Shown here: positions 8,464 to 17,869 of the stretch, one piece after another
Position numbering within the stretch: position 1 is the first letter of the stretch
Layout: each line of letters starts with the position of its first letter
Source: Chthoniobacterales bacterium
GTDB taxonomy: Bacteria > Verrucomicrobiota > Verrucomicrobiia > Chthoniobacterales > Chthoniobacteraceae
Direction: 5' to 3'
DNA: 64,000 bases
Assembly: GCA_038207335.1 (NCBI GenBank)
Contig: JBBQZX010000002.1
Span: 32,001-96,000 of the forward strand
Notes under the pieces: model-generated
Database searches by the model: none
What the model was told of the DNA's origin: nothing
What the model saw: only the letters and a program-made list of their open reading frames with translations
Position numbers and translations under genes: made by a program

Positions 8464-9722
8464 GGGGCGGGGTCCTCGTCGTCGCCGGTGTCGGGGGTGT
8501 CCTGCTGGATGAGGATTTCCTCGATGCGCTTGCGGGAGGTGCGGCGGATGGTGAGGGTGAGGCCGGGGAGGCGGAGCTGGGCGCCGGGCTTGGGGAGCTG
8601 GCCGAGGCGGTTCCAGACGAGGCCGCCGATGGTGTCGATGCCGTCCTGCTCGAGTTCGGTGCGGAGGGATTCGTTGATGTCGTCGATGCGTGCGCTGCCG
8701 TTGACGAGAAGTTTTCCGCCGCCAAGGGGCTCGATGTAGAGGGCGTGGTCGGCCTGGGGGACGGCGTCGCTGATGATTTCCTCGATGAGGTCGGCGAGGG
8801 TGACGATGCCTTCCATGCCGCCGTGTTCATCGACGACGACGGCGAGGCCCTGGGGATGGGCGAGGAAGCGGCGGAGGAGATCTATGGCCTTCATGGTCTC
8901 GGGGACGAAGGAAGGCGGGGCGAGGCGCTCGGTGTAGGGTGCGACGTCGGGGGCGAGGAGGAAGTCGGGGACGTCGAGGACGCCGAGGACGTCGTCGGGG
9001 GTGTCGCCATAGACGGGGACGCGGCGGTAGCGGCGGGCGCGGAGGATGGGGAGGAGTTCGGCGGGGGTGAGGTCGTCGGGGATGGAAAAGGCATCGACGC
9101 GCGGGGTCATGCAGTCTTTGGCGGTTTTGTCGCCGAGCTTGATGATTTCCTGGATCATCTCGGACTCGGTCTCGTGGAGGGCACCTTCCTCGGCGCTCAG
9201 TTGGACGAGCGTTTCGAGTTCGTCCTCGCTGAGGAACTGCGTGGGTTGGAATGAGCGCGGCGTGAGGGCATCGGCGGCGCGCTCGCTCCAGCGCTGGAGG
9301 ACGCGCGCGAGGGGGTCGATGACGGGCATGATTCCACTCATGACGCGGACGCCGACGCGTGCGACGCGTTCGGGCTGGGCGCGAGCGAGGAGCTTTGGCA
9401 CGAGGTCGCAGATGAAGACGATGAGGGTGAAGATGAGGAGGGCCTCGAGCCAGAAGGGGACGAGTGTGGTGAAGCGCCGGATGAGGTGGAGGGCGAGGAC
9501 GATGAGGGGAAGATTGACGAGGGCGTCGGTGATGAGGATGGCGCTGAGGAGGCGGCGCGGGTTTTCCATGAGCCGCGAGAGGGCGGTGGCGAAGTCGGCC
9601 TTTCGGGCCTTGAGCCGCTCGATGTGGAAGGGCTGGAGGGAGAAGAGGGCGGTCTCGATGGCCGAGAAGAGCGCGGAGGCAGCGACGAGCAGAAGCAGGA
9701 CGAACGCGACGACGAGAAACAT
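8460..9722 (-). CDS. Hemolysin-family CNNM/DUF21-CBS-CorC_HlyC protein (putative Mg2+ transport)
   Basis: 'SALFSAIETALFSL', 'DLVPK', 'DCMTPRVD', 'VVDEHGG..GIVTLADLIEEI', 'DTIGGLV'. ATG 9722 chosen. Confidence 0.85.
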   Translation of the reverse strand: MFLVVAFVLLLLVAASALFSAIETALFSLQPFHIERLKARKADFATALSRLMENPRRLLSAILITDALVNLPLIVLALHLIRRFTTLVPFWLEALLIFTLIVFICDLVPKLLARAQPERVARVGVRVMSGIMPVIDPLARVLQRWSERAADALTPRSFQPTQFLSEDELETLVQLSAEEGALHETESEMIQEIIKLGDKTAKDCMTPRVDAFSIPDDLTPAELLPILRARRYRRVPVYGDTPDDVLGVLDVPDFLLAPDVAPYTERLAPPSFVPETMKAIDLLRRFLAHPQGLAVVVDEHGGMEGIVTLADLIEEIISDAVPQADHALYIEPLGGGKLLVNGSARIDDINESLRTELEQDGIDTIGGLVWNRLGQLPKPGAQLRLPGLTLTIRRTSRKRIEEILIQQDTPDTGDDEDPAP

Positions 9723-9782
9723 TTCCGAGGGGAGAGTGGCGCGAGCCGAGGGGCTTTCCAAGCCCAAGCTACGACGCGTGGC

Positions 9783-10625
9783 TCAGCGAGGGAGGCAGAG
9801 GATGTTGGTGTAGTCTTCGCCGGGAGCGAGGCCGGTGAAGGGACGGAGGCCGCGGGAGTCGATGCGGTGGATGGCGTAGCCGAGGTCGCGAATGACGGCG
9901 AGGAGTTGGTCGCCGGTGGCGCCGAAGCGGGCGAGCGCGGGAGGGTTCAGCTCGATGAGCATGGCGGGGTGGAAGCGGGTGAGGGTGTCGCGGGCACCGG
10001 CGAGGACTTTCAGCTCGGCGCCCTCGACGTCCATTTTCAAGGCATCGAGGCGGTCGAGCTTTTGTGATTTGGCGAAGGCGTCGAGGGTGACGATTTCGAC
10101 TTGCTCGGTGGCGTCGTTGGCGGCTGCATTGGCGATGTGGCCGCGGCCGCGGTTGGTGGCGTCGGGGAGGGCAAAGGTGACGCGGCCCGCGGAGTCCGAG
10201 AGGGCGATGCGGGAGGCGTGGATTTGGTCGAAGTGGTTGAGCGATTTGTTCGTTTCGAGAAGCGCGAAATTTTCACCCACCGGCTCGAAGGCGAAGACGC
10301 GCGCTCCACGTTCCGCGGCGAGCATGGAGTAGTATCCGAAATACGCGCCAACATCGAAGAAGACACCGCCGCGCGGGACGCGGTCGAGGAGCGCGCGCTG
10401 GTCGTGGATGTCGAAGACGCCGTGGTAATAGAGCTTTCGCTGCAAGGAACAGCGGGTTTCCAAGCGCCACTTCAGCCCAGCGCGCTCGACCTCGAAGACG
10501 CGGCCCTGCTCGGCTTTTTCGATGCCGGAAATCTGGAGCGCGCGCTCGATGATGCGCCATTTGCCGCGGTGGTAGGGCACGCGGGTGGCGTAGAATTCGA
10601 AGAGGCGTTTTGCGAAAGGGATCAT
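9783..10625 (-). CDS. FkbM-family SAM-dependent methyltransferase
   Basis: 'FFDVGAYFGYYS', 'VFAFEP', 'VTLD', 'LKMDVEGAELKVL.G', 'IELN'. ATG 10625 overlaps the upstream stop (ATGA). Confidence 0.9.
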   Translation of the reverse strand: MIPFAKRLFEFYATRVPYHRGKWRIIERALQISGIEKAEQGRVFEVERAGLKWRLETRCSLQRKLYYHGVFDIHDQRALLDRVPRGGVFFDVGAYFGYYSMLAAERGARVFAFEPVGENFALLETNKSLNHFDQIHASRIALSDSAGRVTFALPDATNRGRGHIANAAANDATEQVEIVTLDAFAKSQKLDRLDALKMDVEGAELKVLAGARDTLTRFHPAMLIELNPPALARFGATGDQLLAVIRDLGYAIHRIDSRGLRPFTGLAPGEDYTNILCLPR

Positions 10626-11758
10626 TTGGAAAGCACGCTGCGATACCACCGCTCGATGTCGGCGGCCATGCGTTCGGAGGTATAGTGCTTTTCGACGCTC
10701 TCGCGGCCCCTCGCACCGAGGCGCTGGCGGAGCGGCGCGTCTTGGAGGAGCCGGAGAATGGCTCTGGCAAAGGATTCCGGATCGCTAGGCGGGACGAGGA
10801 GGCCGTTGATTTCGGGCTCGATGAGTTCATTTATCGCGCTCGTCGCGCAGCCGACAACTGGGATGCTGCGCGCCATCGCTTCGACGAATGTGAGGCCGAA
10901 GGATTCGTAGATGGACGCGGAGGCATAGACCGTCGCGGAGGCGTAGAGCGCGGCGAGTTCTTCGCCCGCGAGGAAGCGGTGGAAGACGACGCGCTCGCGC
11001 GGAATGTGCCGATGCTCGACGCGGAATTGGCGCGCGAGCGGGTGATCATCATCGGCTCCGACAATGACGAAAGTAGTATCCGGCGCGGCGGCGTGGATGA
11101 TCGGAATCGCGGCGAGCAGGGTCGTGCCGCCTTTGCGCGCATTGAGCCGGCCGAGCGTGAGGACGAGCGGCTGCGCGGGTTCGGCGGTACGCGCTTCGGG
11201 CAGATCGATGCCGTGCGGGATGATCTCGATGCCGTCGAGCGCGTAGCTCTTCGCGAGGCGATCGCGGTGCGCGCGGCTGTGCGTGACGACTCCCCTCGCC
11301 TTCCGCGACGACATGCGCTCGGCCCACATCATGAATCGCTCGCCCCACTGCGGCGCGCGATTTTGCACCTCGACGGACTCGGCCATCGTGGTGTGCAGGC
11401 GCACGACGACGGGGACGAAATTCAGCAGCGTCGCGACGAGTGGAATGCCCTCCCAATTTGGGAACTCGACGAGGTCGAAACGGTGCGCGCGGTGCAGCTC
11501 CCGCAACGCTTTCGCGAGGCACCAGCTCTCGCCGAGGGACGGGAATATTTTTCCCAAAAGAGGCAGCCAGCGCACGGGACGCGAGTGGACGTGGACGACA
11601 CCATCCATCGTATCGCGGGGCTCGCCGGGGCGGTCGATGAGGATGTGGCATTCGTGTCCGACCCGCGCCAGCGCTTGCGCGGCGGTCTGCGTGTAAATCG
11701 CCATGCCGCCGAATGGGCGATCGATCGGATACGAGTCGGAGACAAAGCAGAGCGTCAC
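10622..11758 (-). CDS. Glycosyltransferase family 4
   Basis: 'GGMAIY', 'IIPHGID', 'LGRLNARKG', 'YESFGLTFVEAMA..PVV' (EX7E), 'NGLLVPP.D'. Confidence 0.9.
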   Translation of the reverse strand: MTLCFVSDSYPIDRPFGGMAIYTQTAAQALARVGHECHILIDRPGEPRDTMDGVVHVHSRPVRWLPLLGKIFPSLGESWCLAKALRELHRAHRFDLVEFPNWEGIPLVATLLNFVPVVVRLHTTMAESVEVQNRAPQWGERFMMWAERMSSRKARGVVTHSRAHRDRLAKSYALDGIEIIPHGIDLPEARTAEPAQPLVLTLGRLNARKGGTTLLAAIPIIHAAAPDTTFVIVGADDDHPLARQFRVEHRHIPRERVVFHRFLAGEELAALYASATVYASASIYESFGLTFVEAMARSIPVVGCATSAINELIEPEINGLLVPPSDPESFARAILRLLQDAPLRQRLGARGRESVEKHYTSERMAADIERWYRSVLSK

Positions 11759-11783
11759 TTTTCGAGAAAATCGGAGCGAAGCT

Positions 11784-13211
11784 CTACCGAGAGCAAAGCA
11801 GCAGGGCGCGCGGCGACGGGAAGGAGGCGAAGAGTTCGATCGAAGGGAAATGCACGGCCATCGCGGCGCGGAAATTTTCGAGCGAATACCAGCCGAAGCG
11901 GGCGCGGAATTCAGCGTCGCGCGTCTTTAGAAAGTCGCTGAGCGCGCGGTCTTCGGCGGGGACGAATTCGACGACGACATGCCGCGAGCTGAGCGACGAG
12001 AGGATGCTCGCGACGTCTGCGAACGAGATGCGGTGCTGCTTGAAGACGAGGTGATGCACAAGCGCGAGGCAGAGGACGCACTCGCTGCGGAGGCGCTCGA
12101 CGACAGTCGGGAATGGGCGGTCGCGGAGGCCGACGGCTTCGGCGGGCGTAACGGCATTCACGTAGAGCGGGAGCGCGCCGGTGCCGAGTGCGGAGGAGTC
12201 GCGGAACATGGCGTCCAGCGCGCTCTCATCAGTGTCGAGGCCGATGACGCGCGCGCCTTTCAACGCGGCGAGCTGGCTGCACGGTCCGCGATTGCACGCG
12301 ATGTCGAGGACGCTCGCGGGGCGGAGGCGGTCGAGGAGCTGGTCGATGACTTTGTGCTTCGGCGACTTCTCGCGCAGGGCGTCGAGGCTGGCGCGCGTGC
12401 CGTCGTAGTAGCCGACATCGGCGCGGCCGTCGTAGTAGCCGCTCCACATTTCGCCGCCGGGCGCAACATCCATCGCGCGCACCTCGCGAAGCAGCGCGCG
12501 GACTTGATCGAGCGATCCGGCGGCGACGCCGCGCGTGCTGAGCCGCTTGGAAATTTTGCGCGCGAAGTGGCCGATGAATTCGCCGCCCTTTCTCAGCTCT
12601 CGCATTCCGGCGGGCAGTCGCTCGAAGCGCTTGCCGTTGACGACGATCGCATTCGCAAGCGCCGGATCGGGGCCGCCGCGCACCTCGCGGAGGAGCTGAC
12701 GCGCGACGGTCGGGTAGCCTTTTTCCATGAGCCGCAGCGCGCTGATGCAGGTGCGGTAAAACTCGAGCGCTTCGTGCCAACGGCCATCGGCGGGCAGCCG
12801 GACGATCGAGGTGAAATCGACGAAGCACGGCTGAGTGCCGTTGAAGACGATGTTCCAAGGATGCCCATCGACGGTGCAAAAGCCGTGCTCCATGAGACGC
12901 ACGTTCAACTCGAGGATCGCGGCGGCGGCGGCGCGGAACATGGACGCGGGCCACTCGAACGGGAGCGTGAGCGGGTCGATGCGGGCGTGCTCGAGGACGA
13001 GTGGAAAGCCGTCGAGCTTTTCATCTGAAACGCGCGTCTGGACGAGCAGGCCGTCGGCCATGAGCTGCTGGATGCACGGTTCGCGGAGAAGAGACGCCAC
13101 AAAGGATTCGTGGCCCGCGCGGATGCCGCGGAGCACCGCGCCGGGACGCATGAAGATCTGCGCGCGCGGGTCGAGGCCGAGGCCGAGAGTTTGAGGTGGG
13201 CCGGGATTCAT
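11784..13211 (-). CDS. NoeA-like protein: N-terminal kinase-like region plus C-terminal class I SAM methyltransferase
   Basis: True start at ATG 13211 (ATGA overlap with the flippase stop), not 14426. Motifs 'TLPFEW', 'DGHPWNIVF', 'FVDFTS', then 'VLDIACNRG', 'IGLDTD', 'LCLALVHHL', 'VVEFVP.ED'. Confidence 0.7.
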   Translation of the reverse strand: MNPGPPQTLGLGLDPRAQIFMRPGAVLRGIRAGHESFVASLLREPCIQQLMADGLLVQTRVSDEKLDGFPLVLEHARIDPLTLPFEWPASMFRAAAAAILELNVRLMEHGFCTVDGHPWNIVFNGTQPCFVDFTSIVRLPADGRWHEALEFYRTCISALRLMEKGYPTVARQLLREVRGGPDPALANAIVVNGKRFERLPAGMRELRKGGEFIGHFARKISKRLSTRGVAAGSLDQVRALLREVRAMDVAPGGEMWSGYYDGRADVGYYDGTRASLDALREKSPKHKVIDQLLDRLRPASVLDIACNRGPCSQLAALKGARVIGLDTDESALDAMFRDSSALGTGALPLYVNAVTPAEAVGLRDRPFPTVVERLRSECVLCLALVHHLVFKQHRISFADVASILSSLSSRHVVVEFVPAEDRALSDFLKTRDAEFRARFGWYSLENFRAAMAVHFPSIELFASFPSPRALLLCSR

Positions 13212-14716
13212 GAGGTCGCTTTTTGGGGGGAGAGGAGGGCGCGCTCGGCGCTGTCGATGCGGCGGAAGAGCAGCCAATAGACGACGGGCGCGACCACGAT
13301 CGCCTGAGCGAGGACGGCGAGAAAAAGGACGGTGTAATCGGACCGCAGCCATCGCGAAATCAGCGCGTAAAACGCGAGCATCGGTGCTGCGGTGACGAGC
13401 ATCGGGAGCGCCAGCATTTCCAAATAATAAGCGCGAAGAGGAAGACCGGACTCCTGACAGAGGATGTAGGGCTGGACGAAAAGCTTCGTGAGGAGGAGCG
13501 AAATCGCGGTGCCGAGGGCGACGCCGAAGATGCCCAATCGCGTGACCAGCAGGAGGCTGAGCGCGAGGTTGAGAAAGGCCTCGGCGATATTCAGGCGAAG
13601 GAGGCGGTCCTGCTTCGATAGCCCGTAAAGCATGTAAATACCGGGGTTCTGGGCCATCGCGATGAGGAACGGTCCAGCAAGAAGCAGCATGACGAGGTAG
13701 CTGTCGCGGAAGCCGGGGCCGAGCCAGCGGGCGATGAAAAAGTCGCCGTAGAGCGCGAGCGAGCCGGCGACGAATGTGGAGAGGACAGCGCTCGCTTTTG
13801 TCGCAGCGGAGAATTGCGCGCGGAGGCGGTCGCGATTTCCGCTGCCGTCGGCGTGGCTGAAGACGGGCATTAGGACGCCGCCGAAGCACTCGATGAACTC
13901 GCGGAAGTAGCGGATGAGCGACATGCCGATCGAGTAGGCGGGGACTTGCGCCGCGCCGAGGAAGCCGGCGACGACGAGGTTGTCGATGCGGAAACGGACG
14001 AGCTCGATGAGCTTCATCTGGAAGTTTTTCCCGCCGTAAGAGAGGAGCGACGCGCGCGACGCGGCGGCGGAGCGAAGGGGGAAAAGCTTCATGCCGGGGA
14101 GAGTGCGGCGGGCGAAGAAGTAATTGAGCGCGCGCTGCAAAAGGCCGCCGCTGGCGGAAACGAGGACGACGGGCACGAGGCCGCCGCCGGCGCGGAGGAC
14201 AGCGGCGAGCGCGAGATTCGTGAGGACGGTGCGCGCGATGGAGGTGAAGGTGGTGCACTCGTAGCGGACGAATGCCTCGAGCACGCCGGTGAAGACGCGC
14301 GTCGGAAAACTGAGCGCGACGGTGCACCCGAGGATGAGAATAAGGCTGCGCACGGGGCCGGACTGCGCGGCATCGCGAATGAAAAACGGCGCGCCCCATG
14401 CGAGCGCAGCGACGATGAGCAGGCAACCGCCGCCGAAGATCGCTAGGAGCGAAAATGCGGAGCGGACGGTGTCACGTGCTTCGTCGAGGTCGTTGCGGCC
14501 GAGTGCTCGGGACACGTACCGCGTGACGGCGGAGGTGAGACCGAGGTCAAAAATATCGATGTAACTGACGAGCGTGAGGACGATGACCCAGACGCCGTAG
14601 CGCGGCCCGAGCGCGTGGATGAGCAGAGGTGTGATCCACAACGCGGCGAGAACCTGCGTGGCGACATCCGCGCCGCGAAGGACTGAACTCGATGCGAGGC
14701 GGCGAAGCGAAATCAT
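13208..14716 (-). CDS. Wzx-like oligosaccharide flippase (MOP superfamily)
   Basis: Many TM helices; 'LG..YGVW', 'DLGL..AVTRYVS', 'IDNLVV..FLG', 'NLALSLLL...GIFGVALGT'. Confidence 0.9.
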   Translation of the reverse strand: MISLRRLASSSVLRGADVATQVLAALWITPLLIHALGPRYGVWVIVLTLVSYIDIFDLGLTSAVTRYVSRALGRNDLDEARDTVRSAFSLLAIFGGGCLLIVAALAWGAPFFIRDAAQSGPVRSLILILGCTVALSFPTRVFTGVLEAFVRYECTTFTSIARTVLTNLALAAVLRAGGGLVPVVLVSASGGLLQRALNYFFARRTLPGMKLFPLRSAAASRASLLSYGGKNFQMKLIELVRFRIDNLVVAGFLGAAQVPAYSIGMSLIRYFREFIECFGGVLMPVFSHADGSGNRDRLRAQFSAATKASAVLSTFVAGSLALYGDFFIARWLGPGFRDSYLVMLLLAGPFLIAMAQNPGIYMLYGLSKQDRLLRLNIAEAFLNLALSLLLVTRLGIFGVALGTAISLLLTKLFVQPYILCQESGLPLRAYYLEMLALPMLVTAAPMLAFYALISRWLRSDYTVLFLAVLAQAIVVAPVVYWLLFRRIDSAERALLSPQKATS

Positions 14717-16188
14717 GCGCGGGCGGCTGCGGGCACCTCAGCCTCCGCAACAGGCGCGCGCATTTTCACGAGCTTCTGCCCGATAACGACGGTCGAGAGG
14801 CCGCTAGTCGGGAGAATGCGATCGAGGATGCGAAAGAGCGGCGTAAGAAAATTGTAGATGCGAAGCTGGAACGGCGTGAGCGCTTTTTGCCCACCGAGGG
14901 TATTTGCGATGTACCAAGCGAAGACGCCGAATTTGTTGAAGAAGAATTGCCTTTCGACTTGGAATCCGGCGGCGGCCATTTTGCCCTCGAGTTCGCCGAA
15001 ATCGTAGCGGCGGAAATGGCCGAGCTGTTTGTCGAAGTCGCTGTAAAGGCGCGGACTGTAGGGGACGAGGACGACGATGCGGCAGTCGGCGGGGACGTTT
15101 GCGAAGAGATTTTGGAGGACGGCGTGGTCGTCTTCGATGTGCTCGAGGACGTTGAGAAAGACGACGCTGTCCGGCGCGAATTCGCGCAGCAGCGCGTAGT
15201 CGGCGGCGAGCGACATGTCGAGTTTGCCGATGCGAAGGCCGGACTGGTGACTCCACTTTGCCTTCAGCTCCTGAAGGTAATCAGTGCGGTAGTCGGTGAG
15301 CAAAACTTCGCCGTGATGCCGGATGTGTTTGCTGAGATTTCCGCGTCCGACGCCCAGTTCCGCGACGCGTTGGCCAAGCCACGGGCGCACGGTTTCATAC
15401 ATCCACTCGTTGAATTTCGGCGCGGCCTCGAGCGCGTCGAGCGTGACCTTTCCGCTGTCGGCGTAGTTGCTCGAAAAGCGGTATTTGAAAATGAACCACA
15501 ACGCCGCGAAGCCGTCGCGCCAGGTGATTTTCTTGCCCTCGTCGTAGCGGCGGCCGTTGTAACTGATCGGCACCTCGAACATCCGCAGCCGGTTGCGCGC
15601 AGCTTTCGCGGTGATCTCGGGCTCGATGCCGAAGCGATCCGACTCGAGCGGGATCGCCCGCAAAGCCTCACCAGTAAAGGCTTTGTAGCACGTCTCCATG
15701 TCGGTGAGGTTCGTGTCGTTGAGCATGTTGGCTAGCAGCGTGAGCGCGCGGTTGCCCATCGTGTGCCAGAAGTAGAGGACCTTGCGCTCCTCGCCGGTGA
15801 AGCGGCTGCCGAACACGACGTCGGCTCGACCCTCGAGGATCGGCCTAAGCATTCGCGGATAATCGCGTGGGTCGTACTCGAGGTCGGCGTCCTGGAAAAT
15901 CGCGAGGTCGCCGGTCATCTCGGCGATGGCGCGGCGGAGCGCGGCACCTTTGCCCATGTTGTGCGGCTGCTGGAAAATGCGGACTTCGGGATGCTCGGCG
16001 GCGAGCTGCTGCATGAGCGAAAATGTGGAGTCGCGCGAACCGTCATCGACAACGACAATTTCGCGCGCGAGACCGGCGGGAAGCCGAGCGGCGAGGACGG
16101 CTTCGAGGCACGGGCGCAGCGATTCCTGCTCGTTGTAAGCGGCGACGAGGATGGAGAGCTTTTGAAATGTCGCAGCGGCGGCGGACAT
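14713..16188 (-). CDS. Bifunctional GT2 (polyprenyl-phosphate glycosyltransferase-like) / class I methyltransferase
   Basis: 'SILVAAYNE', 'VVVDDGSRD', 'NMGKG', 'QDADLEYDP', 'GSRF', 'TDMETCYKAF', 'FGIEPEIT', then 'AELGVGRG', 'NVLEHIEDD', 'GHFRRY'. ATG 16188 chosen. Confidence 0.85.
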   Translation of the reverse strand: MSAAAATFQKLSILVAAYNEQESLRPCLEAVLAARLPAGLAREIVVVDDGSRDSTFSLMQQLAAEHPEVRIFQQPHNMGKGAALRRAIAEMTGDLAIFQDADLEYDPRDYPRMLRPILEGRADVVFGSRFTGEERKVLYFWHTMGNRALTLLANMLNDTNLTDMETCYKAFTGEALRAIPLESDRFGIEPEITAKAARNRLRMFEVPISYNGRRYDEGKKITWRDGFAALWFIFKYRFSSNYADSGKVTLDALEAAPKFNEWMYETVRPWLGQRVAELGVGRGNLSKHIRHHGEVLLTDYRTDYLQELKAKWSHQSGLRIGKLDMSLAADYALLREFAPDSVVFLNVLEHIEDDHAVLQNLFANVPADCRIVVLVPYSPRLYSDFDKQLGHFRRYDFGELEGKMAAAGFQVERQFFFNKFGVFAWYIANTLGGQKALTPFQLRIYNFLTPLFRILDRILPTSGLSTVVIGQKLVKMRAPVAEAEVPAAARA

Positions 16189-16228
16189 GAGCGGTGCGAA
16201 ATATGGACGCGAAGAAAGAGGGCGAAAG

Positions 16229-17869
16229 TCAATTTCCGCGCACGATCCTGAAGGCGCGGATCGGAGGGAAATCGGTGCGTCCGCCGCGCACGACCGGGGA
16301 GTCGGCAATGAGATGGAATTGCGCCGGATTTTCCTCGCAGACGCGGTCGAGCATGTCGGCGTGAGCACCGCGCTTTGCGGGCGGCATGGAGTCGTCGAGG
16401 ACGATGGTGGCGATGTCGCTTTTCGTGAGGAACGCCGCGAGTTCGACGTCGGTGGAAAAGCGGGCGCGATAATCCGCGCCGCTCCAGGACATGGATGCGA
16501 GGAGTTTGCTGGCGCGCGCGACGATGTGGCCGGGGCGCTTTTCGCGCATCGCGAGTTCGGAGATGAACATCCCCTCGCCGCTCGCGTCGGAGGATACGAG
16601 GATGGTCGAGTGTGGGGCTTTAGATTCGCTCACCACGACTTCCGCGATAGGCGCGAATCCGCTCCAGAGCTTCGGATAGATGCGGAAAAAGTGGGTCGTG
16701 ATCGAGATGGCGATGACGAGCGGGAGGAGCATCACGCCGAGGATGTGGGCGGTGGAAACGGGTGAGCCGAGATGCTCAGGGACGAATCGACGCGTGAGCG
16801 TTGCCGCGCCCGCGACGGCGAACATGACGGCGGGGGGCAGAGCGGAGATGAGGTGCCGCGCTTCGAGACCGACGGGCATGATGATTTGAAAGAGGAAGAC
16901 GCTGGCGATGAGCGCGGCGGCGGCGTGCCATTGCCCAAGGCGTTTGCAAGGAACCGTGGTGGGCAATTGATTCTTTTGGCGGCACAGCAGCGGGCAGAGG
17001 AAGCCGATGCAGGCGAGGATGGTGACGACGACGCCGAGCGAGATGACAAGTTTGTTCGCGTAAAATGGCGCGGCTTCGCGGGTGAAACTGAACGACGGAT
17101 TTGGCTGGAGCCAGCCGCCTTTCAACCGTCCTTCGTTCCGAAAATACCACGTCCACGGACCGGCGAGGATGGCGGTGAGGGCCGCGGACGCCCATAGAAT
17201 GGGCGTTGCGAGGAGATGCCACTTTCGCGAAAAGCAAATCGCGAGCGGCACCAAGAGAACGAGCGCGACACCGGTGCCTTTCGTAAGAATCGCGAGCGCG
17301 GCGAGGATTCCGAATGCAATGGCGTCGGACTTTTTCTCGCGATCGAGGAAATTTCCGAAGGCGAGCGCGGCGGCGAGCATGAGCCCAGCGGTGAGTGTCT
17401 CGGCCATCACCATCGAATAGTATTCGCGAGCGAGGGGAAGAGAGAGGAAGAGAAGGCCGCCGAGCGCGGCGGCGGTGTGGCCGAATTCGCGACGGAGCGC
17501 GAGGTAGATGAGGGTCGCGACTGCCGCGGCTAACGCGCACAGGAGGAGCAGAATGGAGGTGCGCGAGACACCGAATGGGAGCATCCACGCGGACTGGACG
17601 AGGTAGAAAAATGGGGGCCAGACGCCGAGTCCGATCTTTGGATAATGGGCGTAGTAGTCGTCGGCGAATTTCATCGGCGACCCGGGGAATCCGGCGGCGA
17701 TGTAGTCGCGGATCATGAGGCCGGTGACGTAGTGCGCGGCTTCGTCGGGGTGTGCGCCGAATTCGCTGCGTTCGGCCCGGAGAGTCCGCTGCCACAGGAA
17801 CGCGGCGTCGAAGGCTAGGACGAAAACGAGCGCGGCGATGAGCCACGGGCGGAGCTGGGCGAGGTTCAT
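16229..17869 (-). CDS. GT-C fold (ArnT/PMT-like) membrane glycosyltransferase
   Basis: First TM followed by 'HPDEAAHY', 'WPPFFY', many TMs, 'LAILTKG', 'EARHL'. ATG 17869 overlaps the upstream stop. Confidence 0.7.
   Translation of the reverse strand: MNLAQLRPWLIAALVFVLAFDAAFLWQRTLRAERSEFGAHPDEAAHYVTGLMIRDYIAAGFPGSPMKFADDYYAHYPKIGLGVWPPFFYLVQSAWMLPFGVSRTSILLLLCALAAAVATLIYLALRREFGHTAAALGGLLFLSLPLAREYYSMVMAETLTAGLMLAAALAFGNFLDREKKSDAIAFGILAALAILTKGTGVALVLLVPLAICFSRKWHLLATPILWASAALTAILAGPWTWYFRNEGRLKGGWLQPNPSFSFTREAAPFYANKLVISLGVVVTILACIGFLCPLLCRQKNQLPTTVPCKRLGQWHAAAALIASVFLFQIIMPVGLEARHLISALPPAVMFAVAGAATLTRRFVPEHLGSPVSTAHILGVMLLPLVIAISITTHFFRIYPKLWSGFAPIAEVVVSESKAPHSTILVSSDASGEGMFISELAMREKRPGHIVARASKLLASMSWSGADYRARFSTDVELAAFLTKSDIATIVLDDSMPPAKRGAHADMLDRVCEENPAQFHLIADSPVVRGGRTDFPPIRAFRIVRGN

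Noticed and set aside
7439..8830. Long Pro/Arg/Ser-rich alternative ORFs here and elsewhere (e.g. 27835..29559, 56438..58027)
   Set aside because: Off-frame or antisense shadows of well-supported genes in high-GC DNA.
13212..14426. N-terminal 405 aa of the 880-aa ORF 11784..14426
   Set aside because: Arg/Pro-rich off-frame read overlapping the flippase; the real gene starts at ATG 13211, coupled to the flippase stop.
16930..17000. Odd Cys-containing loop in the GT-C protein with a short inverted repeat (ttgccca/tgggcaa)
   Set aside because: A 7-bp inverted repeat is too weak to call another palindromic insertion without an ortholog alignment.
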